From: Betaproteobacteria bacterium
Lineage (GTDB): Bacteria; Pseudomonadota; Gammaproteobacteria; Burkholderiales; SG8-39
Direction: 5' to 3'
NCBI GenBank assembly: GCA_025356085.1
Contig: JANXUV010000015.1
Span: 449-64,448, forward strand
DNA: 64,000 bases
Shown: positions 29,154 to 38,558 of the stretch, piece by piece
Numbering within the stretch: the stretch's first letter is position 1
How the letters are laid out: each line of letters starts with the position of its first letter
Notes under the pieces: model-generated
Told to the model about the DNA's origin: nothing
Database searches by the model: none
Seen by the model: only the letters and a program-made list of their open reading frames with translations
Program-made: the position numbers and the translations under genes

Positions 29154-30017
29154 CTAGCCGCGGAATGCTTCGACGCGGATGTCGAAGCCGCCGACCCGCT
29201 CGATCTCCGCGCTGATCGTGTCGCCCGGCTTGACCGGGCCGACGCCCTCGGGCGTTCCGCTGAAGATCAGGTCGCCCGGGTAGAGGGTGTACATGCTTGT
29301 CGCGTACGCGATCAGCTGGTGCACGTTGTAGACCATCTTCGCCGTCGTGCTGTCCTGGCGCGTCTCGCCGTTCACCTTGAGCGACAGGCGCAGATTGTTC
29401 GGGTCAGTCACCTCGTCCTTCGTCGTCAGCCAGGGTCCGCACACCGCATAGGTATCCACCGATTTGCGCCACGACGGCATCTCCGGCCCGCGAATCGTCA
29501 TGTCGAGCCCGATGGCGTAGCCGGCGACAAAATCGAGCGCGTTCTCTACTGTCGCCTCGCGGCACTCGCGGCCGATCACCACTGCGAGTTCCACCTCATG
29601 GTCGTTTCGCCGTTCCGGCATGCGCAGCCTTATCGGCTCGCCCGGCCCGATTAGAGCGCTTGTCGCCTTAAGGAACAGGCCCCAGTCGGTAATGTGATCA
29701 AGCTTGCGGCCGCCGCCGAGCTTCGGGTCGGCCTTCGCTTCGTCAATATGCTTCTGGTAATTGATCGGCGCATTGACGATCTTGGTCGGATTGGCGACCG
29801 GCGATTTCAGCGTTACCGACGAGAGCTTGCGCCGCGGCGCAGTCTTCGCAAGCGTCCGGGCGCGTCCGGCGACGCTTTCGAGGTTCAGGACCAGCGGATC
29901 GCCGGGCGCGAGCGGCCAGCGCTGCACAGGAATCGCATCGAGCGCAGCCGAGACATCCAGCACGTCGTCGCCTTCGACCAGCCCGAGCCGGTCGTTATCG
30001 AACCTGCAGAGTTTCAT
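29154..30017 (-). CDS. Fumarylacetoacetate hydrolase (FAH) family protein
   Basis: 287 aa. The C-terminal catalytic domain segments EVELAVVIG, ...GYAIGLDMT... and PGDLIFSGTPEGVGPVKPGD are typical of the FAH family. Confidence 0.88.
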   Translation of the reverse strand: MKLCRFDNDRLGLVEGDDVLDVSAALDAIPVQRWPLAPGDPLVLNLESVAGRARTLAKTAPRRKLSSVTLKSPVANPTKIVNAPINYQKHIDEAKADPKLGGGRKLDHITDWGLFLKATSALIGPGEPIRLRMPERRNDHEVELAVVIGRECREATVENALDFVAGYAIGLDMTIRGPEMPSWRKSVDTYAVCGPWLTTKDEVTDPNNLRLSLKVNGETRQDSTTAKMVYNVHQLIAYATSMYTLYPGDLIFSGTPEGVGPVKPGDTISAEIERVGGFDIRVEAFRG

Positions 30018-30811
30018 GCCCGGGCAGCGGGCCGGATCAGATAGCCACCGGATTTTTCGTCGTGCTCGAGCGTAATGAGCTTGCGCTTTTCGGCTTCCTC
30101 GAGCAGATCGGAGAATGCCTTGAAGCCGTAGTAGGACTCGTTGAAGCCCGGATTGCGGCGCTTGAGCGCCTGCTTGATCATTGAGCCCCAGATACGCTCG
30201 CCCGTGCCGCGCTCGGCGATCAGCGCCTGCAGCGTTTCGGTGATCAGGTCAAAGGCTTCCTGCTGCTTGGCACTGCCAGTGGCGGCAGGGGCGGATTCCT
30301 TTCGCTTCTTCGCCGCCCGGCGCTTGCTGTCCTCTTCGCGAACCAGATCGTCATAGAAGATGAACTCGTCGCAGTTGGCGATCAGCAGGTCGGAAGTGGA
30401 GTTCTTCACGCCCACGCCGATCACCACCTTGGCGTTCTCGCGCAGCTTCGACACCAGCGGCGAGAAGTCCGAATCCCCGCTGATGATCACGAAAGTGTCG
30501 ACGTGGCCCTTGGTGTAGCAGAGGTCGAGGGCGTCCACCACCATGCGGATATCGGCGGAATTCTTGCCCGACTGGCGCACGTGCGGGATCTCGATCAGCT
30601 CGAACGACGCGCCGTGCATCCCGACCTTGAACTCCTTGTAGCGCTGCCAGTCGCAGTAGGCCTTCTTGACGACGATAGAGCCCTTTAGCAGCAGCCGCTC
30701 GAGCACGCGGTTGATGTCGAATTTCTCGTACTTCGCGTCCTGCACGCCGAGCGCGACGTTTTCAAAATCGCAGAACAGCGCCATGTTGCGCGTTTCGTGG
30801 CTAGCGGCCAT
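30014..30811 (-). CDS. NYN (PIN-like RNase) domain protein with C-terminal OST-HTH/LOTUS domain
   Basis: MALFCDFENV...KAYCDW...GKNSADIRMVVDA...FVIISGDSDFSPLV gives the NYN/LabA core. The C-terminal WGSMIKQALKRRNPGFNESYYGFKAFSDLLEEAE is LOTUS-like. AGGAGA SD precedes ATG 30811. Confidence 0.82.
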   Translation of the reverse strand: MAASHETRNMALFCDFENVALGVQDAKYEKFDINRVLERLLLKGSIVVKKAYCDWQRYKEFKVGMHGASFELIEIPHVRQSGKNSADIRMVVDALDLCYTKGHVDTFVIISGDSDFSPLVSKLRENAKVVIGVGVKNSTSDLLIANCDEFIFYDDLVREEDSKRRAAKKRKESAPAATGSAKQQEAFDLITETLQALIAERGTGERIWGSMIKQALKRRNPGFNESYYGFKAFSDLLEEAEKRKLITLEHDEKSGGYLIRPAARA

Positions 30812-30864
30812 GTTTCGATTCTCCTGCTTCTTCCAGAGGGACCGGCGATGCTAGCATTCCATCC

Positions 30865-32406
30865 ATGAACGGCGCGGAATGCCTTGCCCGCACGCTGGTC
30901 GCGAGCGGCGTCGATACCTGCTTCGCCAATCCCGGCACTTCCGAGATGCATTTCGTCTCGGCGCTCGACCGCGTGGCGGGTTTGCGTTGCGTGCTGGGGC
31001 TCGCCGAAACGGTGGTCGCGGGTTGCGCCGACGGCTATGCGCGCATGGCAGGCAAGCCGGCGGCGACCCTGTTTCACTGCGGCCCGGGCCTGGGCAACGC
31101 GATCGCCAACCTGCACAACGCGAAGCGCGCCCATACGCCAATCGTGAATATCGTCGGCGATCACGCCACCTACCACCTTCAGTACGACGCGCCGCTTACC
31201 TCAGACACCGAGGGGCTGGCGCACACCGTGTCGTCCTGGGTGCGCACCTGCACCAATGCACGCTCGGTCGGAACGGACGCCGCTGCCGCGGTGCAGGCTG
31301 CGCGCACGCCGCCAGGTGGCACCGCTACGCTGATCCTGCCTGCGGACTGTGCCTGGGACGAAGGCGCCGAGCTCGGTACGCCGCTTGACCCACCGGTACG
31401 CGCCGCGGTGGCGGCAGAGTCCATCACGGCAATTGCCCGCGCGCTTCGGTCCGGGCAATCCTCGATGCTGGTCCTCTCGGGAGCTGCGCTGGACGAAGCT
31501 GGCCTGCGCGCCGCGAACCGAATCGCGCATGCCACAGGCGCGAAGCTGCGGACGCCGACGCAGATCCCGCGCATGTCCCGCGGTCGCGGTCGGGTGCCAG
31601 TGGACCGCATTCCCTATGTTGTGGATGCCGCGCTGAAGGTGCTGGAGGGGACAAAGCATCTGGTGCTCGCGGGAGCAAAGCCGCCGGTCGGTTTTTTCGC
31701 CTATCCGGGCAAGCCCTCGACCCTTTGGCCGAAGGACTGCGAACTGCATACGCTCGCAGGCGTGGACGAAGACATCGTGGGCGCACTTCAGGCGCTGGCC
31801 GACGAGTTGTCCGCGCCGCGCGATGCGCCGGTGCGCGACGACGTTGCACAACCGGAACTGCACGGCGGGCCCTTCAAGCCGGAAGCCTTCGGGCTGACGC
31901 TGGCCGCATTGCTGCCGGAGAACGCGATCGTTGCGGAGGACGCGGTGACCTCGGGCCGCGCCCTGTTTCCACTTACCTGGGGCGCTGCGCCGCACGACTG
32001 GATCCAGATCACCGGCGGCGCCATCGGGCACGCGTTTCCCGCGGCAACCGGCGCCGCGATCGCCTGTCCGGATCGCAAGGTCGTCTGCCTGCAGGCCGAT
32101 GGCGCTGGCATGTATTCGCTGCAAGCGCTTTGGACCCAGGCGCGTGAGAAGCTGGACGTGGTGAACGTGGTTTTCGCCAACCGTCGCTACGCCATCCTGC
32201 AGGGCGAGCTGGCCGCGGTCGGCGCGCAGCCGGGGCCCGCATCGAAGGAACTGTTCGACCTCGCGCGGCCGGAAATCCGCTGGACCAAGCTCGCCGAAGG
32301 CATGGGCGTGGAAGCCGTGCGGGTGGAAACGCTGGAAGGTTTCGCCGACGCGTTTACCTCGGCGCGCGCGCGGCGCGGGCCCTTCCTGATCGAGTTCTCG
32401 ATCTAG
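30865..32406 (+). CDS. Thiamine pyrophosphate-dependent enzyme (acetolactate synthase large subunit-like)
   Basis: MNGAECLARTLVASGVDTCFANPGTSEMHF... is a TPP N-terminal pyrimidine-binding domain. The C-terminal segment LQADGAGMYSLQALWT is a TPP-binding motif. Confidence 0.85.
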   Translation: MNGAECLARTLVASGVDTCFANPGTSEMHFVSALDRVAGLRCVLGLAETVVAGCADGYARMAGKPAATLFHCGPGLGNAIANLHNAKRAHTPIVNIVGDHATYHLQYDAPLTSDTEGLAHTVSSWVRTCTNARSVGTDAAAAVQAARTPPGGTATLILPADCAWDEGAELGTPLDPPVRAAVAAESITAIARALRSGQSSMLVLSGAALDEAGLRAANRIAHATGAKLRTPTQIPRMSRGRGRVPVDRIPYVVDAALKVLEGTKHLVLAGAKPPVGFFAYPGKPSTLWPKDCELHTLAGVDEDIVGALQALADELSAPRDAPVRDDVAQPELHGGPFKPEAFGLTLAALLPENAIVAEDAVTSGRALFPLTWGAAPHDWIQITGGAIGHAFPAATGAAIACPDRKVVCLQADGAGMYSLQALWTQAREKLDVVNVVFANRRYAILQGELAAVGAQPGPASKELFDLARPEIRWTKLAEGMGVEAVRVETLEGFADAFTSARARRGPFLIEFSI

Positions 32407-35400
32407 CTAGGAAGACTTGCTGGGCGCCTGCGGGCCGACCGGCACAGGCGCGCCGCCGCCAAGCGCCGCGTGCGGCGCTCCTTCAAGCATCGGCTCGGAC
32501 TTCGCCTTGCGGCGCTCCGCAATCCAATTCTGCAGGCGTTCGAAATACAGGTAGACCACCGGCGTGATGTAGAGCGTCAGGACCTGCGACAGCAGCAGGC
32601 CGCCGACGACGGCAAGGCCGAGCGGTGCGCGCGCCGAACCGCCGGCGCCGAAGCCGATGGCGATGGGCAGGCTGCCCATCAGTGCGGCCGCGGTGGTCAT
32701 CATGATCGGCCTGAATCGAGTGATGCCGGCCTCGTAGATCGCCTTCTCAGGCGCCATGCCCTGGTTGCGCTGCGCCTCGATCGCGAAGTCGATCATCATG
32801 ATGGCGTTCTTCTTGACGATGCCCACCAGCATGATGATGCCGACGAAGGCATACATGTTGAGTTCTATGCCGAAGGCCATCAGCGTCACCAGCGCTCCCA
32901 GCCCAGCAGTGGGCAGACCGGAAAGAATCGTCAGCGGGTGGATGAAGCTCTCGTAGAGGACGCCGAGCACGAGATAAATCACGAATACCGCGAACAGCAG
33001 CAGCAGCCCCATGCCCTGGAGCGACGCCTGGAACGCCTGCGCCGTGCCCTGGAAGGAGCCGTTGATGGTGGCGGGGATTTGCATCGTCGCCGTCTCGCGG
33101 TTCACCTGCTCGATCGCCTGCGACAGCGACACGCCTGGCCGCAAGTCGAACGAGATGGTGACCGAGGGCAGCTGGCCCTGGTGCGTGATCGACAGCGGCC
33201 CGACGCTGTAGGACAGCCGCGCGACCGAGTCGAGAGGCACCAGCGCGCCGGTGCTGGAGCGCACATAGAGCAAACCGAGTGCGGAAGGATCGCGCTGGTA
33301 GCGCGGTTCCAGCTCGAGGATTACCCAGTACTGGTTGGTCGCGGTGTAGATGGTGGACACTTGTTGCGCGCCGAACGCGTAGCCCAGCGTGCTCTCGATC
33401 GCCTGCGGCGACACGCCGACCGATGCTGCCTTCTCGCGGTCGATCTCGACGTTGACCTGCGGTCGCGCGATCTGCAGGTCGCTGGAGACGTCGACGATGC
33501 CGGACAACGAGCGCAGCTTCTGCTCGATGCGCGGCGCCCAGGTGTAGAGCTGTTCGGTGTTTGCGCCCTGCAGCACGTACTGGTACGGGCTCTTGGTGAG
33601 CGCGCCGATGCGGATGGTCGGCACGTTCTGCGCGAAGGTCTTCATGCCGACCACTTTCGCGAGCTTCGGGCGCAGGCCGCGCACCACTTCGTCCGCGGGC
33701 TTGCGTTCGGCGTAGGGCTTCAGCGCGATGGTGATGCGGCCGCTGTTCATCGCCGGGTTGTTGTTGCTCGCGCCGACGAACGACATGATCGCCTCGACGT
33801 TGGGGTCCTGCCGCACGATCTCGGCGACCTGGCGCTGCAGTTCGACCATGCCCTCGAAGGACACATCCTGCGGGCCTTCAGTGAAGATGAACAGCTGGCC
33901 AGAATCCTCGCTCGGCAGGAAGCCCTTCGGATGGCGCGCAAAAAGCACGCCGGTCGCCACGCAGATCGCCAGGAACACCAGCATAGCGATGCGCTGGTGG
34001 CTGATGACCCAGCGCAGCGTGCTGCCGTAAAGATCGCGCCAGGCATCGAAGCCGCGTTCGAAGGCCATGTAGAGGCGGCCGTGGCGCTGGTTCGGATCGT
34101 GCGGCTTGAGGATGCGCGCGCACATCATCGGCGTCAGCGTGAGCGAGACGAAGCCCGAGATCAGCACCGCAACGATGATTACCACGGCGAACTCGTGCAG
34201 CAGCCGCCCGAGGATGCCGCCCATGAAGAACACCGGGATGAATACCGCGGCGAGAGAGATGGTCATCGACACGATGGTGAAAGCGATTTCCTTGGAACCG
34301 TCCAGCGTCGCCTGCATTGGGCTCTTGCCCATGTCCATGTGCCGGCTGATGTTTTCCAGCATCACGATGGCGTCGTCGACGACGAAGCCGACGCAGAGCG
34401 TGAGCGCCATCAGCGAGACGTTGTCCAGGCTGTAGCCGAGCACGTACATCAGCGAGAAGGTGCCGACGATGGACATCGGCAGCGCGACGCTCGGGATAAT
34501 CGTCGCCGGGATGTTGCGCAGGAAGATGAAGATCACCATCACCACCAGAGCCAGCGCTATCAGCAGCGTGAACTCCACCTCGGCGATATTCGCGCGGATC
34601 ATGGTGGTGCGGTCGTAGAGGATCTCGATGCCGATGCTGGGCGGCACTTCGGCGCGGAAAGTAGGCAGCAGCTTCTTGACCGCGTCCACCACCTCGATGG
34701 TGTTGGTGCCGGGCTGGCGCTGGATCGCGAGCACGATGCCGCGCTTGTCCTTGAACCAGGCTGCCACCTTGTCGGTCTGCACGCTGTCGATGACGCGGCC
34801 GACTTCGCCCAGCCGAACCGGGTTGCCGTTGCGGTAGGTCACGATCACCGACTGGAAGGCCTTGGCGTCGTAGAGCTGGCCGGTGGCCTGCACCGCGAAC
34901 ATCCGGTCCTTGCCGTACAGGGTACCGGTGGGCAGGTTGACGTTGGCGCCGGCGATCGCCTGTTGCACCTCGTTCATGCTGACGCCGCGCGCGGCGAGCG
35001 CGCTCGGATCGACCTGCACGCGCACGGCGTATTTCTGCTGGCCGAACACCTGCACCTGCGCCACGCCGCTGATGGTCGAGATGCGCTGCGCAAGGTAAGT
35101 CTCGGCGTACTCGTTGACCGTCGAGATCGGCAGCACTTCCGAGGTGAGCGCGAGGAAGAATACCGGGAAATCCGCCGGATTTACCTTGCGGAAGGAAGGC
35201 GGCGTCGGCATCGCCGGCGGCAGCAGGCGGGCGGTGGCTGCGATCGCCGAATTCACGTCCTGCGCGGCCGCGTCGATGTCGCGGTCGAGCGCGAACTGGA
35301 TGGTGATCGAGGTCGTGCCCTGGCCGCTCACCGAGGTCATCGAGTCGATGCCGGCGATGGTCGAGAACTGCTTCTCCAGCACCGTGGCCACCGCCGAGGC

Positions 35401-35577
35401 CATCGTATCGGGCGCGGCGCCCGGCAGTTCGGCGGAGACCTGGATCGTCGGGTAATCGATGTTTGGGAGCTGGCTGACCGGCAGCAGCCGGAAGGCGACG
35501 ATGCCGAAAATCAGGATCCCGGCCATCACCAGGATGGTCATGACCGGCCGCCGGATGAAGATTTCCGAAAGGTTCAC
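32407..35577 (-). CDS. RND efflux transporter permease (HAE1, MdtB/MdtC/AcrB-like)
   Basis: ORF 32407..35721 trimmed to GTG 35577 ([14 protein letters not shown]...), the canonical RND N-terminus. About 1056 aa with 12-TM architecture. Confidence 0.92.
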   Translation of the reverse strand: MNLSEIFIRRPVMTILVMAGILIFGIVAFRLLPVSQLPNIDYPTIQVSAELPGAAPDTMASAVATVLEKQFSTIAGIDSMTSVSGQGTTSITIQFALDRDIDAAAQDVNSAIAATARLLPPAMPTPPSFRKVNPADFPVFFLALTSEVLPISTVNEYAETYLAQRISTISGVAQVQVFGQQKYAVRVQVDPSALAARGVSMNEVQQAIAGANVNLPTGTLYGKDRMFAVQATGQLYDAKAFQSVIVTYRNGNPVRLGEVGRVIDSVQTDKVAAWFKDKRGIVLAIQRQPGTNTIEVVDAVKKLLPTFRAEVPPSIGIEILYDRTTMIRANIAEVEFTLLIALALVVMVIFIFLRNIPATIIPSVALPMSIVGTFSLMYVLGYSLDNVSLMALTLCVGFVVDDAIVMLENISRHMDMGKSPMQATLDGSKEIAFTIVSMTISLAAVFIPVFFMGGILGRLLHEFAVVIIVAVLISGFVSLTLTPMMCARILKPHDPNQRHGRLYMAFERGFDAWRDLYGSTLRWVISHQRIAMLVFLAICVATGVLFARHPKGFLPSEDSGQLFIFTEGPQDVSFEGMVELQRQVAEIVRQDPNVEAIMSFVGASNNNPAMNSGRITIALKPYAERKPADEVVRGLRPKLAKVVGMKTFAQNVPTIRIGALTKSPYQYVLQGANTEQLYTWAPRIEQKLRSLSGIVDVSSDLQIARPQVNVEIDREKAASVGVSPQAIESTLGYAFGAQQVSTIYTATNQYWVILELEPRYQRDPSALGLLYVRSSTGALVPLDSVARLSYSVGPLSITHQGQLPSVTISFDLRPGVSLSQAIEQVNRETATMQIPATINGSFQGTAQAFQASLQGMGLLLLFAVFVIYLVLGVLYESFIHPLTILSGLPTAGLGALVTLMAFGIELNMYAFVGIIMLVGIVKKNAIMMIDFAIEAQRNQGMAPEKAIYEAGITRFRPIMMTTAAALMGSLPIAIGFGAGGSARAPLGLAVVGGLLLSQVLTLYITPVVYLYFERLQNWIAERRKAKSEPMLEGAPHAALGGGAPVPVGPQAPSKSS

Positions 35578-35584
35578 GTGCAGT

Positions 35585-36730
35585 TCACGATGATGGCGCG
35601 CCCTCGTTGATTGTGACCTTCGCGCCGGGCGCAAGGCGCAACGCGCCGCGCACCACCACCTGATCGCCCTTGGCAATGCTGCCCTCGGCAAGCACGGCAG
35701 TATCGCCTTCGCTGCGGTCAACGACTACCTTGCGGATTTCCACGGTCATGTCCGCATTGACCACGTACACGAACTGTCCGCTGGGCCCGGTCTGCAGCGC
35801 GCGCGAGGGGACCAGAATGGCGTTCTCCTGGTCGTAGAGCTTGACGCGGACGGTGTAGAACTGCCCCGGCCAGAGCGCCGCATCGACGTTGTCGAACAGC
35901 GCGCGTACCTTGATCGTGCCGGTGGTCTGATCCACCGCATTGTCGAGGAACGCGATGTGCCCCGTGGCGAGCGGCTTGTCATCGCCCGGCTTCGTGACGT
36001 CCACCACCAGCGGATTCTTGCGCATCAGCTCGCGTATCGTCGACAGCCGGTGCTCGGGGATCGCGAAGCTCACGTACACCGGCTTCACCTGGTTGATGAC
36101 CACCAGCGAAATGGTGTCGTTCGCTTTCACCATGTTGCCCGCTTGTAGCAGCGCGCGGCCGACGTAGCCGTCGATCGGAGAGCGGATTACCGTGTATTCA
36201 AGGTTCAGCTTCGCGTTTTCGAGCGCCGCCTCGGTCGCCTTCGCGCTGGCCTGGGCAGTTTGCGCATTGGTCCGGTACTGCGCGTAGGCGTCCTTGGAGA
36301 CGAAATTCTTGTCCAGCAGCTCCTGGTACCGCCTTTCCTGCGAGGCCGCCTGGTCGCGGTTCGCCGCATCACGCAGCGCCTGCGCTTCGGCCTGCTTAAA
36401 CGCGGCATCGAAGGGACGCGGGTCGATCCGGAAAAGCACTTCGCCTTTTTTCACTTCCTGGCCTTCGCGGAATTGGACGTCGAGGATCTGGCCGTCGACT
36501 CTCGATTTCACCGCCACCGAGGTGTAGGCCTCGACGTTGCCGATTGCCTGCAGGCGCACCGGGATGGTTTGCTGCATTGCAGCCACCACCGCTACCGGGA
36601 TCGCACCCTGACCCTTTGCAGCTGGTTTTTCTTTCGCGCGCGAGTCGGCGCTGAAATAGGCGATCAGCCCCCCGGCTGCCAGAGCCACCGCAACACCAGC
36701 GAGGACCGCATAACGTTTTCCGTGACTCAT
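35585..36730 (-). CDS. RND efflux periplasmic adaptor (membrane fusion protein, MdtA-like)
   Basis: ORF trimmed to ATG 36730 ([26 protein letters not shown]). Lipoyl/hairpin/beta-barrel MFP pattern. Lies 7 nt upstream of the RND gene. Confidence 0.9.
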   Translation of the reverse strand: MSHGKRYAVLAGVAVALAAGGLIAYFSADSRAKEKPAAKGQGAIPVAVVAAMQQTIPVRLQAIGNVEAYTSVAVKSRVDGQILDVQFREGQEVKKGEVLFRIDPRPFDAAFKQAEAQALRDAANRDQAASQERRYQELLDKNFVSKDAYAQYRTNAQTAQASAKATEAALENAKLNLEYTVIRSPIDGYVGRALLQAGNMVKANDTISLVVINQVKPVYVSFAIPEHRLSTIRELMRKNPLVVDVTKPGDDKPLATGHIAFLDNAVDQTTGTIKVRALFDNVDAALWPGQFYTVRVKLYDQENAILVPSRALQTGPSGQFVYVVNADMTVEIRKVVVDRSEGDTAVLAEGSIAKGDQVVVRGALRLAPGAKVTINEGAPSS

Positions 36731-36743
36731 TTGCGCAAATACC

Positions 36744-37991
36744 CTAGGGCAACAGCCGCTCAGCGGCAAAAAGCTGATCCACGGTCTCCCGCTCGCGGAC
36801 CAGCAACGCAGCGCCGGCCGAAACCATCACCTCGGCAGGGCGCGGGCGCGTATTGTAATTTGAACTCATGACCATGCCGTAGGCTCCGGCTGACATAACC
36901 GCAAGCAGGCTGCCCGGCCGAACCGCCAGGCTCCGCTCCCGGGCGAGGAAGTCAGCGCTTTCGCAGACTGGCCCGACCACATCGTAAACACCTGCCACGG
37001 CATCCGATTCCATCTCGCGTACCTGGCGAACCTCGTGCCAGGCGCCGTACAGCGCCGGCCGGACCAGATCGTTCATCGCGGCATCTACCACCACAAAATT
37101 TTTCGATTCACCCGGTTTGAGGTACTCGACGCGCGTCAGCAACACGCCGGCATCGCCCACGATCGAGCGGCCTGGGTCCACCATCAGCATCTCCTTTCGG
37201 CCCGCCAGCATCCCGAGCGCCCCGTCGAGAAATTCAGCGATCGGCGCCTGCCTCTCGTTTTGGTAGCGGATGCCGAAGCCGCCGCCGAGATCGATGTGCG
37301 ACAGTTCAATGCCCGCGCGCGCCAGGCGCTCGGCCAGCGCCAGGATGCGCGCCGCCGCGTCGATGAATGGCGCCGCGCTCGCGAGTTGCGAGCCGATATG
37401 GCAGCCGATTCCAGTGAGCGTGATGTTCTCTCGCAGCGCGGCATCGCGGTAGAGGCGCTCGGCATCGTCGTAGGCGATGCCGAATTTGTTGTCCTTCAGC
37501 CCGGTTGAGATGTAAGGGTGGGTTTTCGCATCGACATCCGGGTTGACGCGGAAGGCCACTGGCGCGCGCACGCCCAGTCGCGCAGCGACTGCGTCCACGC
37601 GGCCGAGCTCGGCCTCCGATTCGAGGTTCAGGCAAAGGACCTTGGCGCGCAGCGCCTGCTCAATTTCCGCTTCGCTCTTTCCGACGCCGGAGAACACCAC
37701 CTTGCGCGGATTGCCCCCAGCGGCGAGAACACGCGCGAGTTCGCCGCCCGAGACGATGTCGAAGCCGGCACCCAGCCGCGCCATCACACCGAGCACCGCA
37801 AGATTCGAGTTCGCCTTTACCGAGTACGCGATCAGCGATGTGCGACCGGCAAGCGCGGCGGCGAAGCGCGCAAAATTGGTTTCGATCGCGGCCCGCGAAT
37901 AGACGTAGCAGGGTGTGCCGAACTGCCGCGCGATATCCTCGAGCGAAATCTGTTCTGCGCAGAGCACTCCGCTGCGGTAGTCGAATCCCAT
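36744..37991 (-). CDS. lysA: Diaminopimelate decarboxylase
   Basis: 415 aa. FGTPCYVYS, YSVKANSN (PLP lysine) and CESAD motifs are present. Confidence 0.95.
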   Translation of the reverse strand: MGFDYRSGVLCAEQISLEDIARQFGTPCYVYSRAAIETNFARFAAALAGRTSLIAYSVKANSNLAVLGVMARLGAGFDIVSGGELARVLAAGGNPRKVVFSGVGKSEAEIEQALRAKVLCLNLESEAELGRVDAVAARLGVRAPVAFRVNPDVDAKTHPYISTGLKDNKFGIAYDDAERLYRDAALRENITLTGIGCHIGSQLASAAPFIDAAARILALAERLARAGIELSHIDLGGGFGIRYQNERQAPIAEFLDGALGMLAGRKEMLMVDPGRSIVGDAGVLLTRVEYLKPGESKNFVVVDAAMNDLVRPALYGAWHEVRQVREMESDAVAGVYDVVGPVCESADFLARERSLAVRPGSLLAVMSAGAYGMVMSSNYNTRPRPAEVMVSAGAALLVRERETVDQLFAAERLLP

Positions 37992-37997
37992 TCAGGG

Positions 37998-38186
37998 CTA
38001 CTTTTTCGTGCCGCCCGCGCTATCGTCCTCGCCGGCCTCTTTCGGATAGGGCACAGGTTTGTAGGCTTCGGGCTTGGGCGGCTTCACCCCGGCCGGCGGA
38101 TTTTCGCGGAAGTACAGCGGCCCCTTCTGGCCGCAGCCAGCGGTCAGCAGGGAAACCAGCACAATGAGAAACGCGGAGCGCATCAA
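37998..38186 (-). CDS. lptM: Small lipoprotein LptM (YifL family)
   Basis: 62 aa. Lipobox LTAGC followed by GQKGPLY, the YifL/LptM signature. Conserved position between cyaY and the dap/lys gene. Confidence 0.8.
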   Translation of the reverse strand: MMRSAFLIVLVSLLTAGCGQKGPLYFRENPPAGVKPPKPEAYKPVPYPKEAGEDDSAGGTKK

Positions 38187-38234
38187 GACGCTGAAACGGC
38201 GGCTAAAATGAAGATGTTAGCAGGATAAAGCGGC

Positions 38235-38558
38235 ATGACTGAGAGCGAATTCGAGACCCTTGCAGGCGTGGCGCTGGCGGCGCTGGAGAGCGCGTTCGAA
38301 GCGGGCGCGCCGGATGCTGACGTGCAGGCCATGGGTTCCGGCATGCTCGAGGTGGAGTTCGAGAATGGTTCCAAAATGATCATCAACCGGCACGGTGCGG
38401 CGCGCGAAATCTGGGTCGCCGCAAAATTGGGCGGATTCCACTTCAGGCATGACGGGACCGCGTGGCGGGATACCCGCGATGGCACGGAGCTGTTTGCCGC
38501 AGTATCCAGGCTCGCTTCGCAGCAAGGCGGCACGCCGGTCGTGTTGAACGCGACCTAG
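38235..38558 (+). CDS. cyaY: Iron-sulfur cluster assembly protein CyaY (frataxin homologue)
   Basis: 107 aa. ...GMLEVEFENGSKMIINRHGAAREIWVAAKLGGFHF... is typical of CyaY. Confidence 0.92.
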   Translation: MTESEFETLAGVALAALESAFEAGAPDADVQAMGSGMLEVEFENGSKMIINRHGAAREIWVAAKLGGFHFRHDGTAWRDTRDGTELFAAVSRLASQQGGTPVVLNAT

